A DNA stretch of 63,094 nt, filler included. It is 7 parts of 7 records of this genome, joined end to end, with 100 filler letters (N's around TTAATTAATTAA, not from the genome) between each part and the next. Parts side by side here need not be neighbours in the genome. Positions count along the whole stretch, not along the records: positions 49,826 to 55,422 come from SRR31156797_10848; positions 55,523 to 63,094 come from SRR31156797_10854; 5 more parts are not named here. The stretch is one strand, 5' to 3'. Position 1 is the stretch's first letter. The number at the start of each line of letters is the position of its first letter. Shown piece after piece: positions 54,178 through 63,094 of this stretch. A program made the translations under genes and the position numbers. The notes below the pieces were generated by a model. The model saw only the letters and a list, made by a program, of their open reading frames with translations. It was not told the origin of the DNA and did no database searches.

Positions 54178-55422
54178 ATGAAACTCAAAAAGTTATTATC
54201 TCCTATCCTTGACCCATATGTGGGTCCAATATTTGTAATTACAATTATATTATCTTTTCTAGTTTTTATTGTAATCCCTAAATACTCTTATGAAAATAAA
54301 ATTGATAATATGACAAAAAAAGCTGTAGAGACATTAATTTATCTACAAAAAATAAGAACTTATTATACAAATAATGTTATTGAAAAACTTCAATATAATG
54401 ATACTGTTAATGTTGATTATAAATATAAAAAATCATATATGACTATACCTTTCCCAGAAACTATGATACACGATTTAACTCAGATTATTTCAGAAAATGG
54501 AATGAAAATAAAGTTTTATAGTAAATATCCTTTTGAAAATAGAAAAAATAGAATTTTAAATGATTTTGAAAAGGATTCTTTATCTTATTTGATAAATAAT
54601 CCCAAAGAGATTTATAAAAAAGATATATCAATAGGAAAAGATAGAATATTTAGAGTAGCAATAGCGGATGTGTTTGTAGATAGTTCGTGTGTAAATTGCC
54701 ATAACAATAGATTAGATAGTCCAAAAAAAGATTGGAAAGTTGGTGATGTTGGAGGTGTAATAGAGGTATTAATGCCTTTTAAAGATGAGATATTATTAAC
54801 TTCAAAACAAATCAATATCCTTCTTTATATATTCTCTTTTTTAGCAATTCTATTGGGAGTGCATTATACAATTATATCTGTAAAGCGAACAAAAGAATAC
54901 GAAAGAATAAAATCTCAACTTGAAGAAGAAGTGAAAGAAAGAACTTCATCTTTAAACAACACAGTAAAACTTTTAAATGAATATAAAAAAGCAGTCGATT
55001 TTAGTGCGATTGTTTCAAAAACTGATAAAAACGGTATAATCACATATGCTAATGACCAGTTTGAAAAAATATCACAATTAAAAAAAGATGAATTAATAGG
55101 AAAAAGTCATAATGTTGTAAGACATAAAGACATGCCAGACGATGTTTATAAAGAATTATGGAAAACAATTAAAGCAAAAAAAATATGGAAAGGGCAAATC
55201 AAAAATAGAGCAAAAGATGGAACAAGTTATTATGTTGCATCAACTATTGTGCCTATATTAAACTATAAAGATGAAATTGAAGAGTTCTTGGCAATAAGAC
55301 TTGATATCACTCATATTGTTGAAGCACAACTAGAAGCACAAAGAGCAGATAAAGCAAAATCAACTTTTTTAGCAAATATGTCCCATGAAATCAGAACACC
55401 TTTAAATGCAATTATTGGTTTT
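54178..55422 (+). CDS. Histidine kinase with periplasmic c-heme (Tll0287/DUF3365-like) sensor and PAS domain, truncated
   Basis: CVNCH...DWKVGDVGGVIEV, PAS, FLANMSHEIRTPLN. Confidence 0.85.
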
Positions 55423-55522
55423 NNNNNNNNNNNNNNNNNNNNNNNNNNNNNNNNNNNNNNNNNNNNTTAATTAATTAANNNNNNNNNNNNNNNNNNNNNN
55501 NNNNNNNNNNNNNNNNNNNNNN
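55423..55522. other. Artificial contig spacer
   Basis: N44-TTAATTAATTAA-N44. Confidence 0.98.
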
Positions 55523-55524
55523 AT

Positions 55525-55671
55525 GTGGTCCAGATGGAAGCCATGTATAACCTGACCGGCGACCAGGTGTTCAAACATTACCAACAGCGCTGGAAAAGAC
55601 AATTGGACGGCCTGCTCAACCGCATGCTCTCTCAGGCCTGGAAAGCTTATTTTAAAATAAGATGGTTCTAA
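55525..55671 (+). CDS. C-terminal fragment resembling the D-glucuronyl C5-epimerase family (not in the ORF track)
   Basis: VVQMEAMYNLTGDQVFKHYQQRWKRQLDGLLNRMLSQAWKAYFKIRWF*, ending 4 nt before the next ATG. Confidence 0.5.
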   Translation: MVQMEAMYNLTGDQVFKHYQQRWKRQLDGLLNRMLSQAWKAYFKIRWF

Positions 55672-55675
55672 TAAT

Positions 55676-57118
55676 ATGATAGACATCCTGCTGATATATC
55701 CCTCTTACTCGTATCCCCGGAAAAGTCCTCCCCTGGGATTGGCCTATCTGGCAGCTTTTATTGAAAATGCCGGGTACAGGCCTCATGTCTTCGATTTCAA
55801 TGTCGATCGCATGGACGATGAAAATTTCATAAGTCTGCTCCATGAAGGGCGGTTCCTTATGGTTGGGATGTCTTTCATGACCAGCCAGTTCGCCGAAGCA
55901 TCCCGGTTGGCGCAGGTGATTAAAAAAGCTCTTCCGGACACCCCCCTGGTTGCCGGCGGCCCCCATCCATCATCCATACCTGAAAGAACCATGCATGAAA
56001 TCCCGGCCCTGGATATTGTCGTACATGGGGAAGGGGAGGAAACCCTGGAGGAGTTGGCTGGAGTATTTTCAAAAAACGAAAGTTACGAGGGCGTGCCCAA
56101 TCTTTGCTTTCGCAAGGATGATAAAATAATACTCAACGATAAAAGACCTCTTATCTCCGATCTCGACAACCTGCCCCTGCCGGCCTGGAAGTATTTCGAT
56201 CTAAAAAAATATAATGTGTTCAGCATATCGGGCAAGGATGAATCCCCGGTATTTGCCTTGCTGTCAAGCCGGGGCTGCCCTAACTGGTGCACATTTTGCG
56301 ATTCCCACACCATATTCCAAAGAAAATACCGCCCCAGAAGCGCCCGCAATATTTTCGATGAGATCATGTTCCTGCATAATGAATACGGTATGATGGAATT
56401 CGATTTCGTGGATGACCTTGTGACCATGCAGAAGTCGCGGGTTCTTGAATTCTGCGGCCTGTTGCGTGATTCCGGAATTCCCTTTCGCTGGATGGCCAAC
56501 GCCAGGGTCAACACGGTGGACCGTGAAATGCTGCAGGCCATGAAGGATTCCGGCTGCATCCGGGTGGATTTCGGCGTTGAAACCGGTGATCTCAATGTCA
56601 GAAAGCTGATGCGGAAAAACATTACCGATGACCAGATTCGCACGGCCCACCGTTTGGCCGTGGAAGTCGGTTTGTCCACCGGCAGTTTCACCATGGTCGG
56701 GAACCTGGGCGAAAACAAGGAATCGGCCAAACAGACTGTAAAGCTGCTCAAGGAATTCGGCGACGATGTCATGGTTTCCATAGCCTGTCCCTTTCCCGGC
56801 ACGGAACTATTTAGAACCGCCAAGGAAAAGGGACTCATAAACACCGAGGACTGGACCAAATACGTTACATCGCCGACTTATACAGACGATTTCCGGCCGG
56901 TTATGAGAACCGAACATTTGACCGAAGAGGAAATCCTGGATTCTTTCTATTACATCCATTCCTTTTTTGCCCGCAGAAAGTTTCAGCGTAGGTTCGGCCG
57001 TTGGTTTATACTGAACCCTAGCTTTTACCGGGAATGGGTTTTTGAACCGGAAGGAATGGCTCGAAGGCTGAAAATGGCGGCCAGGTTATTAAAATCGCGA
57101 TTGACCAGGGCGGCCTGA
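55676..57118 (+). CDS. Cobalamin-binding radical SAM protein (class B methyltransferase-like)
   Basis: PPLGLAYLAA, GGPHPS, GEGE, SRGCPNWCTFC, FGVETG. Confidence 0.9.
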   Translation: MIDILLIYPSYSYPRKSPPLGLAYLAAFIENAGYRPHVFDFNVDRMDDENFISLLHEGRFLMVGMSFMTSQFAEASRLAQVIKKALPDTPLVAGGPHPSSIPERTMHEIPALDIVVHGEGEETLEELAGVFSKNESYEGVPNLCFRKDDKIILNDKRPLISDLDNLPLPAWKYFDLKKYNVFSISGKDESPVFALLSSRGCPNWCTFCDSHTIFQRKYRPRSARNIFDEIMFLHNEYGMMEFDFVDDLVTMQKSRVLEFCGLLRDSGIPFRWMANARVNTVDREMLQAMKDSGCIRVDFGVETGDLNVRKLMRKNITDDQIRTAHRLAVEVGLSTGSFTMVGNLGENKESAKQTVKLLKEFGDDVMVSIACPFPGTELFRTAKEKGLINTEDWTKYVTSPTYTDDFRPVMRTEHLTEEEILDSFYYIHSFFARRKFQRRFGRWFILNPSFYREWVFEPEGMARRLKMAARLLKSRLTRAA

Positions 57119-57167
57119 TAATTTTACACAACATGGTTGTCAATCTAAAGAAATATAGTGGTAGTCC

Positions 57168-58409
57168 ATGAATATTGCCTGTTATTCCCATTACTTTACA
57201 CCTGAAATTGGAGCACCGTCGGCCAGAATAAACGACATGGCCAAGCAGTGGCTGGCTATGGGGCACGGCGTGCAGGTTGTGACCTGTTACCCGAATCATC
57301 CCACGGGAGTGATTTATCCGGGTTATTCCCACGGGCGTTACATGCACGAAAAAATGGAAGGATTGGATGTTCACCGCAACTGGTCGTATGTCACGCCCAA
57401 CCGAGGGTTTATAAAAAAATCCCTCGGGCACCTTTCGTTTTTGGCCGGAGCAATCATGTTCAGCAACCGACGGGTAAGTTCTCCGGATGTGGCCATGGGG
57501 ACCTCGCCGACTTTTTTCGCGGCCATGGCCGCGGCCCGCCTGGCTGCAAGTCGCCGAATTCCTTTTGTCATGGAAGTAAGGGATTTGTGGCCGGCCATTT
57601 TTGTGGATCTCGGGGTGTTAAAAAACCCGTTCCTTATCGGACTGTTGGAAAAGTGGGAAATGGCCTTATACCGGAGAGCGGTAAAAGTCGTTACTGTTAC
57701 AGAGGCTTTTCGCCGCAACATCATTGAAAGAGGCATAGAACCTGAAAAAGTAGTCACCATTACCAATGGCGCCGATGTGGATTTCTGGACGCCCAGGCCT
57801 CGACCGGTTGAACTGGCGCAACGCCTGGGCCTGGAAAACAAGTTCATCATTCTCTATATCGGCGCCCACGGCATTTCACACGCCTTGGGGAGGATATTGG
57901 ACAGCGCAATAAAACTGCGGGATAATTCCGATATTCACTTTTTGTTTGTGGGCGAGGGCGCTGAGAAAGATGAACTGGTTAATCGGACCCGTTCGGAAAA
58001 AATTGACAATGTAACTTTTCTCGACCCGGTCGGTAAAGATGACGTCCCGGATTATTATTCTCTGGCGGACGTCTGCCTGGCGCCTCTGCGGGATATACCT
58101 CTTTTTGACACTTTCATACCTTCCAAGATATTTGAGATTATGGCCATGGCCAGGCCCATGATCGGCAGCGTCCGGGGAGAGACGGCCGAAATTTTAAAGA
58201 GGTCGGAAGGCGCATTGGTCGTGGAGCCGGAAGACAGCGAAGCCATTGCCGAGGCGATTTTGAAGTGCAAATCAAATCCTGAAACGTCCAAGGCCATGGG
58301 AGAGCGCGGTCGTGTGTTTGTTCGCGATTTTTATTCAAGAAAAGCTCTGGCCGAACGCTATACCGGAGTGTTTAATGATGCAATAGAAGAATATCGGAGC
58401 CGGAAATGA
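57168..58409 (+). CDS. Glycosyltransferase family 4 (WbuB-like)
   Basis: YFTPEIGA, PNHPTG, EVRDLWP, PSKIFEIMA. Confidence 0.9.
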   Translation: MNIACYSHYFTPEIGAPSARINDMAKQWLAMGHGVQVVTCYPNHPTGVIYPGYSHGRYMHEKMEGLDVHRNWSYVTPNRGFIKKSLGHLSFLAGAIMFSNRRVSSPDVAMGTSPTFFAAMAAARLAASRRIPFVMEVRDLWPAIFVDLGVLKNPFLIGLLEKWEMALYRRAVKVVTVTEAFRRNIIERGIEPEKVVTITNGADVDFWTPRPRPVELAQRLGLENKFIILYIGAHGISHALGRILDSAIKLRDNSDIHFLFVGEGAEKDELVNRTRSEKIDNVTFLDPVGKDDVPDYYSLADVCLAPLRDIPLFDTFIPSKIFEIMAMARPMIGSVRGETAEILKRSEGALVVEPEDSEAIAEAILKCKSNPETSKAMGERGRVFVRDFYSRKALAERYTGVFNDAIEEYRSRK

Positions 58410-59284
58410 AAGTCCTGGTAACGGGCGCTACGGGTTTTACCGGGTCTTTTGTCGTCCCCGAATTTATCCGGGCCGGATATGAAGTTCGATGTCTGATTCG
58501 GCCTACAAGCGACGTCAGCTGCCTTCCGCTTGAAGAAGTGGAAAAAATTGTCGGAGATTTAGAAGATCCACAATCCCTTGTCCGGGCCTTGACTGATGTG
58601 GATATTCTGGTTAATATCGCTTCAATCGGCTTCGGTCATGCACCGGTTATTGTCGATGCGGCGGAAAAGGCCGGGGTGCAAAGGGGCCTTTTCATCGGTA
58701 CAACAGCAATATATACAACTCTTAATGCGCCCAGCAAGAAGGTGCGGCTGGCCGCCGAAGAGACGATAACAGGGGCCGGCCTGGACTATACGATTATCCG
58801 CCCGACAATGATTTACGGCACATCGCGGGATCGTAACATGTGCCGGTTAATCAGGTACCTGAATCGGTGGTCCATTATTCCTGTATTGGGCGGCGGAAAT
58901 AACTTGCAACAGCCGATTTACGTCCGGGACTTGGCGGTCGCGGTAAAAAAGTGTCTGGATACCGACCGGACAATAGGCAAGGCTTATAACGTGGCCGGCG
59001 CCGAGCCGTTGAATTTCAATCAGGTTATTGACACAATCGCCCGTTTTTTAAAACGCCCGGGGCGTAAAATTCATCTGCCGGCAGGACCTTTTGTGGCTGC
59101 ACTCAAGGCTTTGGAAAAAATATTACCCAAAGTCCCCATAAAAGCCGAACAGATTTTAAGGCTTAACGAAGACAAGGCTTTTGACTATTCTGACGCCGTG
59201 CGGGATTTCGGCTTCAGTTCCAGGACTTTTGAAGAAGGCGTCTCAAGTGAAATTGAAGAGATGAGACGTTGCGGCGAGATATAG
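58406..59284 (+). CDS. NAD-dependent epimerase/dehydratase (atypical SDR)
   Basis: TGATGFTG, IRPTMIYG, QPIYVRD. Confidence 0.85.
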   Translation: MKVLVTGATGFTGSFVVPEFIRAGYEVRCLIRPTSDVSCLPLEEVEKIVGDLEDPQSLVRALTDVDILVNIASIGFGHAPVIVDAAEKAGVQRGLFIGTTAIYTTLNAPSKKVRLAAEETITGAGLDYTIIRPTMIYGTSRDRNMCRLIRYLNRWSIIPVLGGGNNLQQPIYVRDLAVAVKKCLDTDRTIGKAYNVAGAEPLNFNQVIDTIARFLKRPGRKIHLPAGPFVAALKALEKILPKVPIKAEQILRLNEDKAFDYSDAVRDFGFSSRTFEEGVSSEIEEMRRCGEI

Positions 59285-59333
59285 AAACGCCAGGTTTACC
59301 GCGTATAAAGGCGGTGTGATTAACAGGTGAAAT

Positions 59334-60356
59334 GTGGTTGAGTTGACTCTACTTCTTTGTGTGGTTCTGGCTTCACTATTGTTGACGGCCCTGTTTAGAA
59401 AGCTGGCTGTGGGCAGAGGTCTATTGGACCGCCCCAACAAGCGCAGTTCCCATACCTATCCTACTCCCTTGGGCGGAGGACTTGGGATTGTCGTTTCCTT
59501 TGTCGGCGGATTCATGATTTTTGCAATAAGAGCCGGTTGGGAAATCGATTACCTGGTTTCAGCTTCTGTCGGCGCCTTGTTTATTGCCGCAATGGGGCTA
59601 TGGGACGACTGGCGTCCGGTTCCGGCTTTGTGGAGGCTCCTCGGCCAGGTGATGGCAGTGTTCTGGGTTTTTATCTGGCTGGGCGGGGCGCCTGATCTGT
59701 ATCTCGGCGGCAGCATAATGTTTACCGGCGTTTCCGCCGCCCTGGCCGGCGGAATCGCTTTTGTCTGGTTGATAAATCTTTACAATTTCATGGACGGTAT
59801 AGACGGACTGGCCGGAGTTGAAACCATCAGCGTTACGGTTATTGTCGGCGGGCTTTTGTGGCTGGACGGACATACGGACCTGGCTTCGGTTTGTTGGCTG
59901 CTGGCCGCGGCGACAGGCGGCTTTCTGGTATGGAACTGGCCCCCGGCCAGGATTTTTATGGGAGATACGGGAAGCGGATTCCTGGGATTTATGATCGGCT
60001 TCCTTATAGTCGTCAGCGTCGGGCGCCACACCAAGTGGCTGGCGGTCTGGATGATCCTGCTGGCTGTCTTTGAAATCGACGCCACTGTCACCTTGCTCAG
60101 GCGAATAATCGGGAAAAAACGCTGGTACGAAGCTCACAGAAGCCATGCCTATCAGCATGCCGCCGTAATATGGGGACACGGCCGCGTTAGCACATGGGTC
60201 CTTACCTTAAATGTTATCTGGCTTTTCCCCTGGGCCATGGCCGCTTTCATTTGGCCTCAATATGGTTACAGGCACGCTATCGCCGCATTTCTTCCCCTTG
60301 TTCTGGGGGCGTTATACTTGCGGGCGGGCGTCGACGGGGATAACAATTCAGATTGA
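59334..60356 (+). CDS. MraY/WecA/WbpL-family polyprenyl-phosphate HexNAc-1-P transferase
   Basis: RSSH..PTP.GGG, DD, NFMDGIDG, IFMGDTG, HRSHAYQ. Confidence 0.92.
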   Translation: MVELTLLLCVVLASLLLTALFRKLAVGRGLLDRPNKRSSHTYPTPLGGGLGIVVSFVGGFMIFAIRAGWEIDYLVSASVGALFIAAMGLWDDWRPVPALWRLLGQVMAVFWVFIWLGGAPDLYLGGSIMFTGVSAALAGGIAFVWLINLYNFMDGIDGLAGVETISVTVIVGGLLWLDGHTDLASVCWLLAAATGGFLVWNWPPARIFMGDTGSGFLGFMIGFLIVVSVGRHTKWLAVWMILLAVFEIDATVTLLRRIIGKKRWYEAHRSHAYQHAAVIWGHGRVSTWVLTLNVIWLFPWAMAAFIWPQYGYRHAIAAFLPLVLGALYLRAGVDGDNNSD

Positions 60357-60368
60357 CGGGAAGATAGG

Positions 60369-62219
60369 TCAGTCGCCGGGTTTGTATTCCGGAACCATAC
60401 TTTGTAATTTCCGCTTTATCGCATCTTCATCAAAAGTCAAAGCTATCCGCAGAAGGCTGTCTATATCGGCGGTCAACTCATCAAAAATGCATGAATTTCC
60501 TTTCAGGACCATAATTTTATCGTGTCCTGTGGAAATTATGCCCTCGCCTTCGGTAATTAATTCTTCATAAAGCTTTTCGCCGGGCCTGAGCCCGATAAAT
60601 TTGATGGGAATTTCCGTTTCCGGCTCAAAACCGTGTAGACGGATCATGTCCCGGACAAGTTCCAGAATCTTAATGGGTTTGCCCATCTCCAGGATAAAAA
60701 TCTCCCCGCCTTTTCCCAGCGCCCCTGCCTGAAGTATTAATTCCGCCGCTTCTCCAACACTCATGAAATAGCGTGTTACTTCCGGGTGGGTTATGGTCAC
60801 CGGGCCCCCGCGGGCGATCTGGTCCCGGAAAACAGGTATGGCCGATCCCGAACTGCCCATGACGTTGCCGAACCTGACCGCCATAAAACCGACGCGGCTC
60901 TTCCCGTTGGTGCATTCGACCAGCATTTCCGCCACTCGCTTGGTGGCGCCCATAACATTGGTCGGCCTGACCGCCTTGTCCGTGGATACCAGGACGAATC
61001 GCTCGATTGAGTGCTCCATGGACAGTTCCACCAGGTTTCGCGTACCTTGAATATTGTTTGTTACCGATTCCCATGGAAATATCTCCTGCATGGGAACGTG
61101 CTTGTACGCGGCGGCGTGAAAGACGACCTGGGGTTGAAATTCCGAGAAAACCCGATTAACGGTTTCCCTGTTCCTGATGTCGGCCAAAAATGAATAAACC
61201 GGCAACTGTTTGAATCTTTGACGAAATTCCATTTCGACCACGAATAGATTCAGCTCGCTGATTTCCAATAGCGCGATGGCTTCCGGATTGAATCGTCCGA
61301 CCTGCCTGACAAGTTCAGAACCAATGGAACCGCCCGCACCGGTTATCAATATTCTTTTGTCCTTTAAGTAGCGGCTTATTTCATCCTGGTCCAGGTGAAG
61401 CTCCGCCCTGCCCATCAAGTCCTCGACCCTGACGTTTCTGACGCTTTTAACGGAAATGGATCCGTTGATCAGCTCTCCCATGGCCGGCACCGTTCTGAAA
61501 GGCTTGCCGGTTGCCTCGCAACGGCTGACGATCCGCCTCATGTCCTCGCCTCGGGCGGACGGAACCGCGATCAATATTTCATCATATTCAACCGGCGGTT
61601 TTTCAAGGGTATTCAAATCCCCCAGCACCGGCACCCCGTGTATGGCCATCCCCTTGTTGCGGGGATTTTCATCAATAAGACCGACTACTTCTATATCAAG
61701 ATCCGGATTTCCATGAATTTCCCTTAATATCCTTTCAGCGGCATTCCCCGCGCCGACAAGCATGAGCTTTTTGATCCCGCGCCTGTAAAGTCTCCCAAAT
61801 CCGGGAAAGAACTGGATACCCGACGTTTGGGCGTAATACAGTCTTATGGCCACCCTGGCGCCGCCTATGGTCATGAACGTGAGAATGGCGTCCAGTATAA
61901 AAACGCTCCTGGGATAGCCGTAAAACCTGTGCAGCATCAAAACGGCCAGTACCAGGATCAAGCTGCTTGTCACTACAGCTTTGACCACGCGGATAAGATC
62001 CACCAGACTGGTGTACCTCCACATGCCCCGATACAAACCGAAAAACCAGAATGTCACAAGCTTTAGAGGCGCAATCCAGGGCCACGTACTGTTGAATGCC
62101 GTCATCATGTATCCGGGAATATCGAATTCGAAACGGATTAGATACGCGGTGTAAAAAGACAGCACGATCAGGCCCGTGTCCAGCCCGAGCATTATAATGA
62201 GATTTTTTCGTCCGGACAT
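60369..62219 (-). CDS. UDP-GlcNAc 4,6-dehydratase, PglF/CapD/WbpM family
   Basis: N-terminal TM helices, TGAGGSIGSEL, HAAAYKHVP, STDKAV, RFGNV, GLRPGEKLYEEL. Confidence 0.93.
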   Translation of the reverse strand: MSGRKNLIIMLGLDTGLIVLSFYTAYLIRFEFDIPGYMMTAFNSTWPWIAPLKLVTFWFFGLYRGMWRYTSLVDLIRVVKAVVTSSLILVLAVLMLHRFYGYPRSVFILDAILTFMTIGGARVAIRLYYAQTSGIQFFPGFGRLYRRGIKKLMLVGAGNAAERILREIHGNPDLDIEVVGLIDENPRNKGMAIHGVPVLGDLNTLEKPPVEYDEILIAVPSARGEDMRRIVSRCEATGKPFRTVPAMGELINGSISVKSVRNVRVEDLMGRAELHLDQDEISRYLKDKRILITGAGGSIGSELVRQVGRFNPEAIALLEISELNLFVVEMEFRQRFKQLPVYSFLADIRNRETVNRVFSEFQPQVVFHAAAYKHVPMQEIFPWESVTNNIQGTRNLVELSMEHSIERFVLVSTDKAVRPTNVMGATKRVAEMLVECTNGKSRVGFMAVRFGNVMGSSGSAIPVFRDQIARGGPVTITHPEVTRYFMSVGEAAELILQAGALGKGGEIFILEMGKPIKILELVRDMIRLHGFEPETEIPIKFIGLRPGEKLYEELITEGEGIISTGHDKIMVLKGNSCIFDELTADIDSLLRIALTFDEDAIKRKLQSMVPEYKPGD

Positions 62220-62298
62220 GCTGTTACATCCCAACGGAAATTTGAATATTCAGGTTCAAGTCAATCCGCCTAACCTTATTGTTCTATATCTCTGATAA

Positions 62299-63093
62299 TC
62301 AGGCTTTTACAATATTGTCGCCAATGCGATATTTGCCCCTGGAATCGACAATCAGGTCGGTGTGGCGAGCAATAAAATCGTAATCAAAACCGTCATGATC
62401 GGTTACCAGCAGGGCGCAATCGATGCTTTCCAGGTATTCAGCCGTCAGTTCCATGGAAGACAGATCGTAGCTGCCGCGCCGCAATGACGGGAAACTTGGT
62501 ATATGAGGATCGGAATAAGAAATATCCGCTCCCTTGCTTTCCAGTATTTCCATTATTTCAACCGCGGGGGATTCGCGCATGTCATCTACGTTTTTCTTAT
62601 AGGCGATGCCCAGTATGAGCACTTTCGCCCCTTTAAGAGCCTTGCCCTTGTCATTAAGCGCGTCCATTGTCTTGTGAACCACATAGTCGGGCATCTGGCT
62701 GTTAACGTCGCCGGCCAGTTCTATAAACTGGGTATGAACTCCATATTCCCTTGCTTTCCAGGTCAGGTAAAACGGATCGATGGGAATGCAGTGTCCGCCG
62801 AGACCCGGGCCGGGGTAAAACGGAGTAAAGCCGAAAGGCTTTGTAGAAGCCGCATCTATAACTTCATGAATGTCAACTCCCATGCGGTCTGTCACGATTT
62901 TCAACTCGTTAACCAGGCCGATATTCACGGCCCGGTATATGTTTTCCAAAAGCTTGGTTAATTCGGCCACGCGCGTGCAGGAAACCGTTATCACCCTGTC
63001 CACGGCCGCCTTGTACAGCGCTTCCCCCACGTTCATGCACGCAGATGTCGACCCTCCGCAAACCTTGGGAATCGTTTTTGTGTCGAAATTGGG
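62299..63093 (-). CDS. UDP-N-acetylhexosamine 6-dehydrogenase (WbpA/WecC family), 5'-truncated by the window
   Basis: [41 protein letters not shown]. Confidence 0.92.
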   Translation of the reverse strand, partial: PNFDTKTIPKVCGGSTSACMNVGEALYKAAVDRVITVSCTRVAELTKLLENIYRAVNIGLVNELKIVTDRMGVDIHEVIDAASTKPFGFTPFYPGPGLGGHCIPIDPFYLTWKAREYGVHTQFIELAGDVNSQMPDYVVHKTMDALNDKGKALKGAKVLILGIAYKKNVDDMRESPAVEIMEILESKGADISYSDPHIPSFPSLRRGSYDLSSMELTAEYLESIDCALLVTDHDGFDYDFIARHTDLIVDSRGKYRIGDNIVKA

Positions 63094-63094
63094 A

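Overview
This window is not one continuous locus. It holds seven unrelated contigs joined by 100-bp artificial spacers (44 N + TTAATTAATTAA + 44 N), so neighbourhoods across a spacer mean nothing. Contig 1 (1-6619; GC-rich, probably an anaerobe, taxon uncertain) carries a photolyase-like 3' end, a ferritin/rubrerythrin-like gene, a structured promoter-to-terminator region, a DacZ-type diadenylate cyclase, and an operon of rex, a Cache histidine kinase, a [2Fe-2S] ferredoxin and a HydB/NuoF-like gene. Contigs 2 (6720-14277) and 5 (39364-49725) look like Bacteroidota (TAnnTTTG promoters, T9SS C-terminal domains). They carry GT4s, LptF/G, a YghO/bCerS-like GNAT, tandem T9SS paralogs, a trans-sulfuration lyase, a TPR kinase, amrS, a DUF5916-like protein, a molbindin and an esterase. 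Contigs 3 (14378-29438), 4 (29539-39263) and 6 (49826-55422) are very AT-rich and Arcobacter/Campylobacterota-like. They carry a TPS pair, ppiC, dbpA, kinases, c-di-GMP genes, TRAP-pxpABC, aat, LysR/MFS, pyrC-queD2, copZ-arsR-copA, lon and a rhomboid. Contig 7 (55523-63094) is a surface-glycan locus. The most notable observations are: an array of five covarying GA/GA-triloop hairpins behind a 9-bp repeat tract; a candidate sRNA or attenuator upstream of the diadenylate cyclase; Zur-like boxes on pyrC-queD2; probable AUC and AUA start codons; a triple 16-bp-phased ArsR operator on a Cu-ATPase operon; and a C5-epimerase-like gene next to a B12 radical SAM in a glycan cluster. All family and taxon calls come from recognising motifs by eye; no database searches were run.
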